A stretch of DNA of 64,000 nt from Camelus ferus (GCF_009834535.1 NC_045697.1:106022001-106086000), one strand, 5' to 3'. Counted from the stretch's first letter, positions 51,186 to 64,000 are shown. Numbers and translations are program-made. Notes: generated from the sequence alone by a model not told the origin.

Positions 51186-54100
51186 CATGCAATGAGGAAC
51201 TAGAAGCTTCCTTACAAACTGGAAGAGATGAGGCCCCAAGAGAGTGGCGCAAGCACCTGTTGCCTTCTCCCTCTTTCTCTTTTCCTACTGCATCTAGGCT
51301 CAGGAAGTGATCACAAGTGCAAGTAGTGCACTGACAGAACCGGTAAAATAAAGCCCCAGCTTTCTGGCTCTACTGAAAAAAGGAGCCTCAGGGAAACCAA
51401 AAGAGCTCTAGGGATGTCACAAAGAGGAAAAAGTTGGGAGAATAACTGGAAAAAATAGTTTATTAACTGCTGGGAACTCTCTCAATGTGCACATGCATAG
51501 CTTTGACACAAAATAGCATATGATAGACTTTGGGAACTGAACTATAAGATCACCACCCAGAACTAAGAATGGCCACAGTGTGGAACACATGCATGAAACA
51601 GATCTGAATAATATTGCAAAGGTATTGACTAAAGGAAGTGACATTGAGACCATAACTCCCATAAGGCTTGTTAGAACTTGCAACCTGAAACAAACAAGGT
51701 CAATTGTCTGCTAAAACTAAAATATCACCATTCTTCAGAAGAGTTAAGTAAGACTCAGAGGAATCTAGCATAATGTTCAAAGTGCCCAAGATACAATCCA
51801 AAATAGCATGACCTACGGTAAACAAGGAAGATGTCAATTTGTGAGAAAAGGCAACAAAGAGTTACTAAGACTGAGATGACGTAGATGTTGGGATTGCCTA
51901 GCAAAGACTTTAAAGCAACTATTAAAAAAATTCTCTAACAAGTAAGGTCAAACATTATTAAAATGAATGGAAGGGGATAAGCCTCACCAAAGACATAAAA
52001 GAAGCAAATAACAACCAGAGAATTTTAGAACTGGAAAATAAATAATCAAGTTTGAAGCATACTATAGGACTCAGTAACAGAATGGAAATGACAAAACAAG
52101 GAGTGAATTTGAAGATAGAGTAATAAAAGTTACCTGATCTGAATGATAAAGAAGAAAAATATTTTAAAAATTAATGACCAGAATCTCAGGTATTTGTGGT
52201 ACAATACCAAAAGCTTTAAAATCCATATCATTGGAGACACAAAAGGAGAGGGAAAAGAACATTATTCTGGGAAATAGATTGAAGAAATAATAGCTGAAAA
52301 CTCCCCAAATTTGGAAAAAGACATATACCTACAGATTTAAGAAGTGTGGCAAACCCTAAACAAAATAAACTCAAAGAAATCCACACACAGACATATCATA
52401 ATTAAGCTCTTCAAAACTAAATGCAAAGAAAAAAATCTTGAAAGAAACCAGAAAAAAAACTGCAGTATTTATAAGGCAAATAAGATTTGAATGACCATAT
52501 TTCTGATAAGAAAAAAATGGAGACTGAAAGGAAGTAGAACAAGAATTTTAAAGTGCTGGCAGAAAAAAAAAAAAAAAACCAGAATTCTATACCAAGCAAA
52601 AATAGCATCCATAAATGAAAGAAATACAGACATTAACAGATGAAGGAAAACTAAAATAATTCACTGTCAACAGGCCAGGACTAAAGGAATTGTTAAAGGA
52701 AGTTCATCAGAGAGAAGAAAGGAAATGAGAGGGAAACTTGGATGGTAAGGAGTGAAGGAATCACAATAAAATGTAAATAATTGGGTATGTAGATTGTTCT
52801 TCTCTTGAGTTCTTTAAACTATGCTTGAGAGCAGAAAGCAAAAATTACAACATTATCTGATATGTCTTTCAGTGTATGCAGATATAATACATAAGACTTT
52901 TATATCTTAAGGTGGGGGGGTAGAGTAAAGGGCCCTAAGGGTGGTAAGTTTCTACACTCTACCTGAAGTGGTAAACTACTGATTTTAAGTTGACAGAGAA
53001 AACTTAAGTGTGTACATTATAATCTCTAGAGCAACCACTAAAATCCCATACCAAAAAAAAAAAAAAAAAAAAAAGATTAAAAAATGCAATAGATAAAGTA
53101 AAATAGAATACTAAAAATATTGGTTAAAGAACTCAAAAGAAGGCAGAAATGGAGACAAAGAAGAACAAATAATAGAGGAAACAAATATAAATCAGATAAT
53201 AAAATGGTAGACCCAATTCCAAACATATCAAGAATTACATCCAATAAAAATGGCCTTAAAAAGCCAACTAAAAGAGATTAGAATTTATTTAAAAAAAAAA
53301 AGAAAAGAAAAAAGTGGTCCAACTTTATTCTTTATATCCTTATCCAAGTTTATAAAACTTATACAAATTGGCTAAAAGTAAAAGGATAGGAAAAGATATC
53401 CCACACGTGTATTAATGTAAAGAGAGTTGGAATGGCTTCAGTGATACCACACAAAATAGTCTTCAGAGCAAATCAAATTATCAAGAACAAAAAGAAAAAT
53501 TACACAATGGTGAAGTAAATTTACCGAGACCACGTAACAATTCTTAATATTTATGCATCAAAACAGAGCTTCAAAACTCATGAAACAAGTGACAGAACTG
53601 AAAGGAGGACCAGATAAAGTAAAAATTATAGTTTGAGATTTTTAACACTCTTGTCTCAGTAACTGTTAGAACCAGGTGACAGACAATCAGCCAGGATGCA
53701 GAAAAACTGAAAAGTACAATCAACCAACTGGATCTATTTGATTTTTACTAAACCTACAGACAACATCAGAATACACATTTTTTTCAAGTGAACTTGGAAC
53801 ACTGACCAAGACAGACCATATGTCCTGGGTGATAAAACAAATATTAACAAATAGAAAATAATTAAAACCATTTAGAGTTTGTTCTCTGACCAAAATGGAA
53901 TTAGATTGGAAATAGGTAACAGAAAGCTAATAGAAAAACCTAAAAAACTTGGATATTCAATATTTTCCTAAATAATTCATGAGTCAAAGGGGAATTCTCA
54001 AGGGAAAAAAAGAAAATATTTGAAGATATAAAAATTTGTGAGAGACAGCCTAAATAGTGCTTAGCTGTACGATTTTAGCATTCAGTGCTTACACTTAAAA

Positions 54101-55144
54101 AGAAGAAAGATGTAAAGTTAATAACAGACTTCTACCTTAAGGAAAAGAGCAAAAGAAACTCATATCAAGCAAAAAGAATAAAATAAAAAGGAGGAAAAAA
54201 AATCAATAAAATTGAAAACAAAAAGCAGGGAGAAAAATCAATGAACTATCAAGAAGTTTCTTGGGAAAAAAATCAGCAAAGTTGATACACCTCTAGCAAG
54301 ACTAGCAAAGAAAGTGCGAAAACCCAAGTTACTAATAAAGTAGTAAAAGATGTTATGCCACCAAAGACTGTGAAGACATTAAGAGAAGACTGTAACAAGC
54401 GCATGCACTTAACTTTGAGAACTTAGATGAAATGATACAAATCCTTGAAAACTACTAACTCCTAAAACTTACCCAAGTGCAAACTGATAGGCTGAATCAC
54501 ACTGTAACTACTGAAGGAATTAAATTCATATTTTAAAACCCTTCAGAAAGGAAATCTCTGGGCCCAGTTGACTTCTCTGGAGAATTCTACCAAACATCTA
54601 AAGAAAAAGTAGAACCAATTCTGCACAATTTCTAAAAGAAACTAGAGGAGGATAGAACAGTCCACAACTCATCTGGGGAAGCCAGCACCTCCCTGATGAA
54701 ATTAGATGAAGAACAGCAAGAAAAAGCAAATTACAGACCAATACCCCTCATTAAAATAGATTTTAAAATCCTCAACAAGATCTAAGCAAGTTGAAACCAG
54801 CAATAGATAAAAGGAATAAGCACCACAATCTAGTGGAATTTATCCTAGGAGATCAGGACTGTTTTCTATAGTCAAAAAGGGATTGGTGTGATCCATAGAT
54901 TTAACATGATTCCAGTCAAAACCCAAGCAAGAGTTTCGGTAGATAAAGATGAGCTAATTCTAATGTGTACGTGGAAAGGCAAAGGAACTAGAGTAACCAA
55001 GTGGTTTTGAAAAAGAAGAAAGTTGTGGGAAATCATGATACTCAATTTTAAGACTTACTATAAAGGGACAGTAGTCAAGATAATATGTTATTAATGAAAG
55101 GATAAGCGTATGGATCAATTGGACAGAGTACAGAAATAGACTAA

Positions 55145-55306
55145 AGGAGAATAAAATAAAATAAAAAGTATTGTATAAAATTTATGTTCAACTAGATGTT
55201 ATAATATAATGATTTTATATTCAACACTGAGAATTTTTTCCATGTAACAAGATTTAATGGTTTTTTCCCCTAGAAAATATAAAATGTTTTATTTTTCTTT
55301 AAAAAA
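55145..55306 (+). other. TSD-flanked AT-rich non-L1 insert (candidate 3' UTR retrocopy or orphan transduction)
   Basis: Exact 11-bp direct repeat aaatagactaa (55134-55144, 55307-55317) and an A run at the 3' end. It interrupts colinear L1 ORF2 ('cagaaatagac|ccaa'). Confidence 0.7.
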
Positions 55307-56439
55307 AAATAGACTAACCCAAGCAAAGTCAATTACCAAGGCAATTTGTGAGGAAATAATAGTATTTTAAACAAAAGGTGTTAGAATAATTGTATATCAA
55401 ATAAAGATAAATCAATACCCTTCAATCTAAAGTTTATACAAAAATTAACACATAGTAGATCATGGATCTAAATGTCAAACATAAAACTATAAGTTGGAGG
55501 GGGGTGAAATATAGGAGAAGATCGTGTGAGGCAAAATCATGTTAGGCTGAGTTCTTAGACCTGACACCCAAAGCATGAACCATCAAAGAAAAAATTAATA
55601 AGTAGGACTTTATCAAAATTTAAAATTTTCATATGATGAGAGACACTGTTGAGAGAAGCAGGTATAGACCGGGAGAAAATACCTGTAAATCAAATATCTG
55701 GAATATGATTTGAGTTCAGAATATGTAAAGAACACTCAAAGCTCAACAGTTAGAAGAAAGTCCAGGGGACCAAGGACTTGAAGCAACACTTCCCCAAAGA
55801 AAACATACAGATGAAATATAAGCACATTAAAATATGTTCACCATCCTCGACATCCTCAGTTACAGCTATGTTGAGATGTCACCACACACCTAATAGAATG
55901 GCTAAAGTATAAAATCCCAGTAACCCCAAAGCTAGTGAGAATGCAGAGCAACTGGAAGTTCATCAATTGCTAGAGAGGATGCGAAACATTACAGTCACTC
56001 TTCTTATAAGTTTGACAGCTTCTTACAAGGTTAAACACACACTTCAGAAACCTCACTCCTGAGCATTTGTCCTAGAGAACTAAAAACTTGCGTTTACGCA
56101 GAAACTTATACACAGATGTTTACAGTTCTTCTATTCATAATGGGTCCAAACAGGAAACAACCAAGATGTCCTTCAACAAGTGAGTAGATTAAAAAATGAT
56201 GGAACATTGAGAATTTACTATTCCCAATAAAGAGGAATGAACTCTCAGTACACACAATTTAGATGTGTTTTTGAGGCATTATACAGAGGAAAAGGAGCAG
56301 GAAATTTTTATATAGTATAATTCCATTTATATGACATTCTCAAGAAAACGAACTACAGTCCTGGGAGGGCTTTGACTACAGACAGACAGCGTGATAAGAC
56401 GTTTTGAAGGTATAGAAATGTTTAGTATCCTAATAATGG

Positions 56440-56980
56440 TATAGAGAGGAAAAAAATCTTTTCCTCTACCCATCTGAGGGTCTCCAGACAGGCCCATAAG
56501 TTAGACTGGCCAAAGACAGATTAACAAGAGAAAAACAAACAGACGTTTATTAACATGTACATAGTGCGTGTACACATGGGACCATCCAGTGATGAGTAAC
56601 ACAAAGAGGTGGTTAGAACTTGGGCTAACACACCGTCATAGGCTAAATAATGGAACAGGGGTTTTGTGATCCGGGTGGGGTGGGGAAGACAAGCTCTGAA
56701 AAGGTGGTCAGGAAAAGTATGGGAAACAGTGGTTATTCAGTACAGCTTATTACACAGATTCAAGTCAGTGCCTTTTCCATTGGTAAGAGTTGTTGAGTCC
56801 TCCTCTCCCTGCTGTGGGAGGAGGCACATTTTGTAAAGGAGAATTTCCTTTGAGAAAGGAAAACCTCTGCTCTGCTTTTAGAGTTTTTCCTGCATCTGCT
56901 GCTTCTCAATGACCTTTAGCTCAAAATAATTCATATGTCAAAGAAGTATATTATGGGATGGCATGTTCTGATAGCCTTCA
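56440..56980 (-). mobile_element. ERV1-class (MER4/MER41-group-like) solo LTR inserted in the L1 3' UTR
   Basis: 'aaagacagattaacaagagaaaa...tttattaaca' ... 'gctcaaaataattcatatgtcaaag...tgggatggcatgttctg...ccttca'. Confidence 0.8.
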
Positions 56981-57256
56981 GTAATGATGATTTATATCAA
57001 TGCGTACCTGTTCTAACATTGAGAGAATGATACACTTTAAAACGTGTATTTTTATTGTATTTTAATTTGAGCAATAAAACTTTTATAAATATGAAAACTC
57101 ATTGGGGAAAAAGTAAACTTAAAATGTGAAAAGAAGTTTGAGTTAGAAGTTGTTCATACTGGGTTATCTAATAAATCACTTTATCAAGAGAATTCATTAA
57201 CTCTTCTCTATCTGTTAAATTGGTATAATAATATCTGATTCAACTTTCTGAACAGC

Positions 57257-57610
57257 AGTGGTTCTCAATGCTTTTTGTCTCCATTTCCATTTAAGTTCTT
57301 AAAAATTATTAAAATGTAAAAGAATTTTCATTTATGTGGGTTATACATATCACCATTTACAATATTAGAAATTGAATCAGAAGAAATATATTTACTAACT
57401 CATTTTAAAATAACAATACCAAACTCATTACATTAACACAAATAGCATTTTTAATTAAAACTATTTTCCAAATTAAATAAAATAGAATAGCAAAATTGTT
57501 TAAAATATTTTCAAATGTTTTCATGTCTAGCTTAATGGAAGTCAGCTGGATTTTTTATAGTTGTTCTGGTCTTTTGGGCCCCTGGGATCTCAGATCAGGC
57601 TTTAAGAATA
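57257..57610. mobile_element. hAT-type non-autonomous DNA transposon remnant
   Basis: Starts with the hAT terminus 'cagtggttctcaa'; 'tttatgtgggttata', 'tctagcttaatggaagtcagctggatt'. Subfamily not assigned. Confidence 0.6.
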
Positions 57611-58302
57611 GGAGAATGCCTATAGAATTTTTATAGAGTAAGAGAGTGAGAGAAAGAAATACTCAATATGAAATTGTCTCTATCAATGAATCTTCATATA
57701 TCATTAATATGTATTAAAATGGTGTGTGTTATAGATTTAAAAACAGAACTGAAATATTGTTTGTTTCTGTATGTAGGAGAATACAAGAAAATTCTTGTCT
57801 TAGCCAAAACTAGAATCTACTTCTCTCAATCCCAGAACCTGTATTCTTTCACTATGTAATTTTCCCTCCCAAATGCCTTGCTAGAGACATTCCAATCCTG
57901 CTTTCCCTGTCTCACCAATTCCCAGCTATAGTGGAAAGTATATTAAACAATTCCAGAATCATTAGATATTTTTAAAGTCTAAAAATGCTATTCTGATTTA
58001 GTTTGCTTTTTTCCCAATTTTTCCCTGTAATTTTTTTCCCTGAATTATGTCTTCCCAAATATTGTCTGAATTTTTCTGAATAAGAACAGCTGTTCATTCC
58101 CAGGTTGGCTATGACCCCAAAGCAGCAGTGGCACCAAGCCAACGTCCTCTCCTTGACAGCATCAAGACAATTAACACTTTTTGGATTCTGTCCACTACAA
58201 GATCCTCTTCATATTTGAATTCACAGGAGATGTTAGGAAGAACGTAGTGAAATAAAAATAGTACACTTTCCTGATTTTTTACTTTGTCATATTTAAGAAT
58301 AT

Positions 58303-58370
58303 TGGGATGTTCCATGTCACTGATAAAGAGGAAACTGACACATTGTAACTGACTATACTTCAATAAAAAA
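58303..58370 (+). mobile_element. L1 3' tip (~40 nt) preceded by ~28 nt of unassigned sequence, with candidate TSD
   Basis: 'gaaactgacacattgtaactgactatacttcaataaaaaa'. aagaatat at 58295-58302 and 58369-58376, with a TT/AAGA left junction. Confidence 0.7.
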
Positions 58371-58514
58371 GAATATATCTGAATGTTACACTATTATGAA
58401 ATTAAAGTTTGATATGTCCTGGAGAGACTTTTATTTCCCAACCTTTATTCAGTAATACACTGTTGTACAAATTGCATCAAACTGCTACAAATATTTCCCA
58501 TAGTCACCCATTTT

Positions 58515-59100
58515 AATAGTTAGCTTTTGCTGTGTAAGAAACCACTTCAAAATGTATTTATTTAGCTTGTGATTCTGCAGGCCAGCAATTTGGCCAAGCT
58601 CAACTGGCTGGGTCTTCTGGGCTTAGCTGCCTTATGTGCCTACAGTCTGCTGGGAGGACTCATTTCTGCAACACAAAGTCTTATCCTCTAGCAAGCCAGC
58701 CCACACATTGGCTGGTCAGAATTTTGCAACAGAGCAGAGAATCAAGACTCTCTTGAGGCCTGGACTTGGAATTTGCAGACTGTCACTTCTGCCACATTCT
58801 ATTGGCCAAAGCAAGTCACATGGCCAACCCAGACTGAAAGTTTAGGAGAGTAGAGCCCATCTCTCTTTTTTCTTAACAAGATTAAAAAAAAAAAACAAAA
58901 ACTGAAGTGTAGTCAGTTTACAATGTTGTGTCAATTTCTGGCATATGGCATAATGTTTCAGTCATACATGAACATACACATATTCGTTTTCATAGTCTTT
59001 TTCATTATAGAGTCCATCTCTTGATAGGAAGAACTGCCAAGTAACCTGGGGACTGGTACGTTTATAGAAAGGAGAATAATATAGCCAATTTGATAATCGA
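58515..59100 (-). mobile_element. Old MaLR LTR (MLT1K/L-like) split by an L1 tip
   Basis: 'gctgtgtaagaaaccac...cacttctgccacattctattggccaaagcaagtcacatggcc'. Confidence 0.8.
58865..59007 (-). mobile_element. Young L1 3' tip with 14-bp TSD
   Basis: TSD tagagcccatctct (58851-58864) / tagagtccatctct (59008-59021); 'ctgaagtgtagtcagtttacaatgttgtgtcaatttctgg'. Confidence 0.9.
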
Positions 59101-60611
59101 TTTCCACTTTATGAGATCCAGAAATCTACTCCATGTCAGTTTTCAGTTCAAGAAAGAGATGATAAAGGTATGGAAGAAGAAAAAAGAAGATGTTTGGAAA
59201 ATACCTAAATATACAAGAAAGGAGACTTCTGTGGGTGGTGACAGGGAGAAACTGGAAAAAGCTGAGTGCTAAAACTTATAAAGAGCACTTCGATCTCCAT
59301 TGTGTGGTTATATAGGATATAACTAGGAGAAATGGAGAGTGAAATTGAGAAAAAGAAAACTTGGGCAGAATTCCATGAAAGTTCTAAGAGTAAAGATTAT
59401 TATTCTATAGAACAATCTTGCAGACAAAGCTGATTTATTATGCATTGCATAAGCATTTGAAAAAACAAGCTTGTAAAAACACACTTTTTAATTCTGTTAG
59501 GAAGAAACTTGCCTTCGACACTGCAAGACTGGCCAGTTTGTTTAACTTTCTTCCTTTCTGTACTTATCTGCTGATGTCACCGATTTTCAGAATATGTCAT
59601 CATTTCCCCCTCCGTGCTCACAATATTTGGACTGGCGCTATTTGGAGCACGTTTTCACTTCTCCTTCCTATACAACACTGAAAACTGAATTCCAAAAGTA
59701 TCATCTTGGAATTGCATTCTCCTTAAAAATTTAGTGTTTTGTTTAGACTAACATTTTCAGTTAACAGACAATTTATTCAGCTCCTATTGTATGCATGATG
59801 TTAGATTAAAAACTAGTATGTTACAGAATATTACTTTCCAACTGGATGGTTTCTTTTTAACTATTTCAAAGAACTTTCTCTGTTATTTCATTGGCTCTCT
59901 ATGAATCATCTAAGCAGATGTTTTCGCCCTTCTATGCATGTGAAAACTTAGCACAGTGAACTGTGTGGGAGGGACTAGGCCATGGAGCAGCTACTTCATT
60001 ATCCAGTTCTCCAAAGTAACAAAAACAAAAAACAAAAAAAATTAAGACTGCAAGGTCTGAGGAAGAGATAGTGTACCTTTCACTCTGTGCTCTGAGCTGT
60101 CCAATCCAAATAACCAGGTCTCCTAACTGCCCCTGACTCAGAAAACATTTGCCTTCTATACATGGACCACCCTTCCAGGGAAAATGTGTTCTTTCTTCTG
60201 CTATCTTTCTCCTCTCTTCAAAATGCTCATCAACACTCACCTCCACCAACGAATTTCTTCAGAGACACCCTGGTTAGAAAAAAGCTTTACATTTATAGAT
60301 TTCATCAAAAACAAACCAACCAAAAACACCCCTATAGATTTTATTTCATCCTCGCATGATGGCTCAGTGGCCAATTTTATCCTGCTTCACAGAGAAGGGT
60401 CTGGTCTGACTCCAAGCAGATTCCCAGGATCATAGTTAGCAGAAGAGCCAATATTAAGATGGAAAAAACCAAGGAGTTTCCTTGTACGAGTCACCAGCTC
60501 TAATCAGTCATTAGTGTCTCTTTAGTGCCTGTGAGCATTGCTGTACCTCACCGTGAATTCCTTCTATTTATGTATATACAGTATAATTTTGTGGAACACA
60601 TCCTCTCCCCC

Positions 60612-60992
60612 AGTGATGGGCTGAACTGTTCCCTTCCCCTCAATTCATATGTTGAAGTCTCAATGCTCAGCACCTCAACGTAACCATATTTGGAGATACG
60701 GTCTCTAAAGGGTTGATTAAGTTAAAATAACTTTCCTCTCGGGTGAAGCCCTAATCCAATATGACAGCTGTCCTTATAAGAAAAGGAGGCGACTCCAGGG
60801 AAGTCCTTGAACAGAGGGAAGAGTATGTGAAGATGCAGCAAGAAGACAGCCGTCTAGAAGTCAAGGAGAGCAGCCTCGACACAAACCAAACCTCCTGACG
60901 CCTTGTCCTTGGACTCTGGCCTCCAGAACTGTGAGATAATAAATTTCATTGTTTAAGCAATTTTGTACTGGCAGCCCAAGCAGACAAATACA
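60612..60992 (+). mobile_element. MaLR solo LTR (MLT1A/B-like)
   Basis: 'aattcatatgttgaagtc...tatttggagata...ccctaatccaatatgac...ccttataagaa...cctccagaactgtgagataataaattt...aataca'. Confidence 0.9.
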
Positions 60993-62869
60993 TCCCTTCG
61001 GAAACCTTGTGGTCATGCTTCTTAATCTTTTACTACTATTACTCTCCTCTTAGAACAGGACTGTTGTTTCCTGGTAGTTTTTGTCTCAGCATAAACATTC
61101 CCCAGTTTGAGGGTTTTCCAGGATCTTCAGAAATCAGAAAGAAAACTTACAAGCCTTTGCCACGTGATTCTTTCTTCAAGAGAAATCCATCGAATGATCT
61201 CTGCACTAAAACAAACTGTTAAGGGTTTCGGGTAAGAAAATGGAGGAAAAAAGGGAAATTTGATCAGGAAGATGTTTCCTGCTAGCTCCCTACAGCTTCC
61301 AGCTCTCAGGAACCAAATGACAAAATCTCAAGCATCCTTGCAATATTTAAAAGCTTATCAGGAGCTAGAAAAGTGTTGATGTAGAGCCGGGCATCCGTTG
61401 TGCGACCACAATAACAAAGTGTGGGGCTAAAATAGAATTTGTTCCTTCGTGCCTGTGTGTCTTTCCTCTTTCATCCTGGAAGCACACAATTCCACCAGTG
61501 GGTTAGTTTCCAAAACTAAAAACAGGCAGAATATGCGAGGCAAAATGCTAAGCCGTAGCTTGGTAAAGTCTCTTCAGTTCTCCTGCTTTCTGCCAGTGTC
61601 TTTATTGTTTCCTGATCATGTTCGAAGTACAGTCTTGACTGTTTTTTTTTCCCCCAGCCTTGGAAGGACTTGGTCACTCTAGAAGAATGATTTTTTGAAA
61701 TACAGGGAACATGTGAGATATAGTGTAATGATTCTTACAGGATCCAAGCTCCAGCAAAGGATTAGAGGGGAAATAAATCAAACCAATGCCATTCACACCT
61801 GCCAGATTTTCGGTCAACTCGTGTGCCAAACATTTGACAGGATCGTGATGAATGAACAATGAGAATCTTTAGAAAACATTAAAAACTGCTTTATTCTGTA
61901 GAGTCTCTCAGCACACGGACAAAACAAGCCTGGGACATTAGAGCCACATTTCTATTTCTGGAAAATAGTGAATCACAGAGCTACCGGTCCTCAGGCTGGT
62001 ACGGTTAAGCACAGTGGATACAAGTAGAGGGACCCTCGTTTGCAGGGCGCTCAGAGACTCTGGGCCTGGCCTGGCTGCACTGCTGGTCTGGGGTGCTGCT
62101 TGAGAGTCAGGGGAGCAGCAGGGAAGCTAGAATCACTTTATGCGACTGGATTCGTACGAACCCATGGGCGCGAACTCCGTGGGAACCGGCCAGAATCAAT
62201 CCTGTATTCCTTTCTTGCAACAAACCCGTTTCTTGGTTTACACTAGACACGAAATGGACTTCAAGACCTAGTAGGAACCAGGACCAGACACGTTCCTCTT
62301 AAGGACTTAGAATCAAATCCCTGATTTCCCCAAGGACCAAACCAACTTACCAGGTGGGTGGGGAGAGATGGGTTGGAGGTGAAGTGTATCCTTGGACCCA
62401 GGCCAAATTTGTAATCGCGAATCCATCCTACCAATATCTGTAAATGTGCTTTTCTAGGCTCCGTCGCTGTGAAGTCTTGGAGTGGCTAAACGGTTGTCAG
62501 CGGAATTCAGTTCCGCTGCTCTTCGTGATGACCATGTGGAAGGTGACAGATAAGAGGGCAGGGCACACCCTCCACCTGAAATCAAACATTCTTTTTGCTC
62601 TCTGCACCTCATCAATATGGAGAAGGCCGTGGTGGCAGAGCAAGGATTATGATCTAAAGGGGAGGAAAATACGGAGCTGCCCTCTCTGCCTTAGAGCTTC
62701 AAAGTGCATATAAATAATTCAAAACTTAGATTATTAACTTGCTCCTAAAGTTAACTTTGGCTAGAAATCCAGCATGCCAGTATAAATAAAAGAACTTTTT
62801 CTCAAAGAGAATCAGAAAACATGGAAAACACAGAGAGCTATTTTCAGATTTATTTTGAGCAAAGAACTC

Positions 62870-64000
62870 TAAATTCTTATAGATTATAAAAGTAATGCAT
62901 GCTCCCCAGGTAAAAGAAATTTAAGGCAATACATGAGGATGTAATATGCCGCCCTCCTTTTCCCACTCTGCTCTCTTCTTCTGAATCCAATTCTCTAGAG
63001 ATAAGAACTGTTAACAATCTGATGGACAGCCTTTTGTAAATGTCTCTGTGAATTTACAAATAAACATCCCCTATCAAACTGAATTACAGTAGCTAGATTA
63101 TACAATAGAGGATATCCTAAGGACTTTTCATTTAGCAATTTACCATGGACCTTTTCCAAAATGGAATATGTAAATCTACTTCACTATTTTTAACCACTGC
63201 ATAATATTCTAGTATGTGCGTTGTAGCAAAATTTATTTAACCAATCCCTAAAGATGAAAATTTAGGTTGCTCCAAATTTCTGCATTTCTTCTTAAAAAAA
63301 GAACACAAACACTGTGCCTACACGCCCAATGTGCATTATATACTGTTTTCCCTTACACACTTATTCTTAAAATTGTAATTTATATTTAAAGGGGCGCTGG
63401 CAATTAAAATATTAACATACTGTTGACAAATCGCTCCCAAAAAGGTTATACTGAACTCATTTATAATCCAATCCAAGCAGTACTCTGAGTGTCCAGTTCC
63501 TTTACTCTTCCAGACTACAGAGTGCCAACCATTCTGTCTTTTACCAACCAGACAGATACACAGTCACGTCTCCTTGTTGTTTTAACTCTTATTTGTTCAG
63601 TGAAATTGAACATATTGGATGTTGGGTATTTGTATCTCTTGCTCCATGAGTTGCCTGTACATAGAGCCTTTCCTCACTTAAGAAAAGTTTTCTTTATCGT
63701 ATCGATACGCAACAGCTCCTTTTATTTGAAGGATATTATGCTCACTTCATGTGCTATATGCTGTGAGTACATTTTGTTATTAATATTTCTGGAGTTTCTT
63801 GATTCATGCAGAAGTTTTAAATTGGGATGTAGTAAAAATAAATCTGTTCTCTTCTTTATGATTTCTAGATTTTTTTTTCTCAGGCTTGGGAGATTCTTCC
63901 CTAATTCAAGAGTATCATAATAATCAGTTGCATCTCATCTCAATATTTCTACTAATTTTTAAAGAACCCTTAAACCTTTAACTCATCCAGAATTCATCCT
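62870..64000 (-). mobile_element. Ancient L1 (L1ME-like) 3' region, running off the window
   Basis: 'tttatttaaccaatcccta...tttaggttg', 'ttgttgttttaact', 'atgcagaagttttaaatt', 'ccttta actcatccagaatt'. Confidence 0.75.

Larger units (their letters stand above)
51190..57080 (+). mobile_element. Large decayed L1 (L1MC/MD-like): 5' region, ORF1, ORF2 with internal RT deletion, 3' UTR
   Basis: ORF1-like ~51850-52700 ('gaagaaataatagctgaaaactccccaaatttgg'), EN-like ~53200-53900 ('caatcaaccaactggatcta'), RT start ~54720-54890 ('ttacagaccaatac...aatcctcaacaa') jumping to post-RT sequence at ~54895, then 3' UTR to aataaa at ~57073. All frames are broken. Confidence 0.9.

Noticed and set aside
1..64000. 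The many 60-156 aa ORFs in the supplied track as genes
   Set aside because: They are short, low-complexity, often start at non-ATG codons and overlap repeats or microsatellites. None resembles a protein I recognise except L1 ORF2 remnants.

Overview
This is AT-rich mammalian nuclear DNA, most likely camelid (camel, llama or alpaca). That call rests on a short tRNA-derived SINE of the Vic-1 type at ~18.0 kb, young L1 3' ends ending 'gaaattgacacattgtaactgactatacttcaat', and no Alu, BovB, SINEC or PRE elements that I could see. I found no protein-coding exon or RNA gene I can support. The ORF track is chance ORFs plus decayed LINE-1 ORF2 pieces, so the window is intergenic or deep intronic. It is dominated by interspersed repeats: two large decayed L1s (~0.7-7.5 kb minus, ~51.2-57.1 kb plus), many short L1 3' ends, MIR, L2, MaLR/ERV LTRs and hAT-type MER elements. 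There is also one near-consensus CTCF site. The most interesting signals are retrotransposition and repair scars read directly from the sequence: (i) an 82-bp locally templated copy of a unique MER20/MIR junction re-inserted 2.1 kb away; (ii) two LTR-derived sequences ending in poly(A) just after the LTR polyadenylation signal; (iii) compact chimeric L1 insertions joining the last ~40-60 nt of L1 to an ORF2 RT fragment or to non-L1 sequence; (iv) a TSD-flanked non-TE insert inside an old L1. I do not see evidence for a novel multi-gene system. Repeat subfamily names come from recalled consensus sequences, not a database search. Boundaries of old repeats are approximate (+/- tens of bp).
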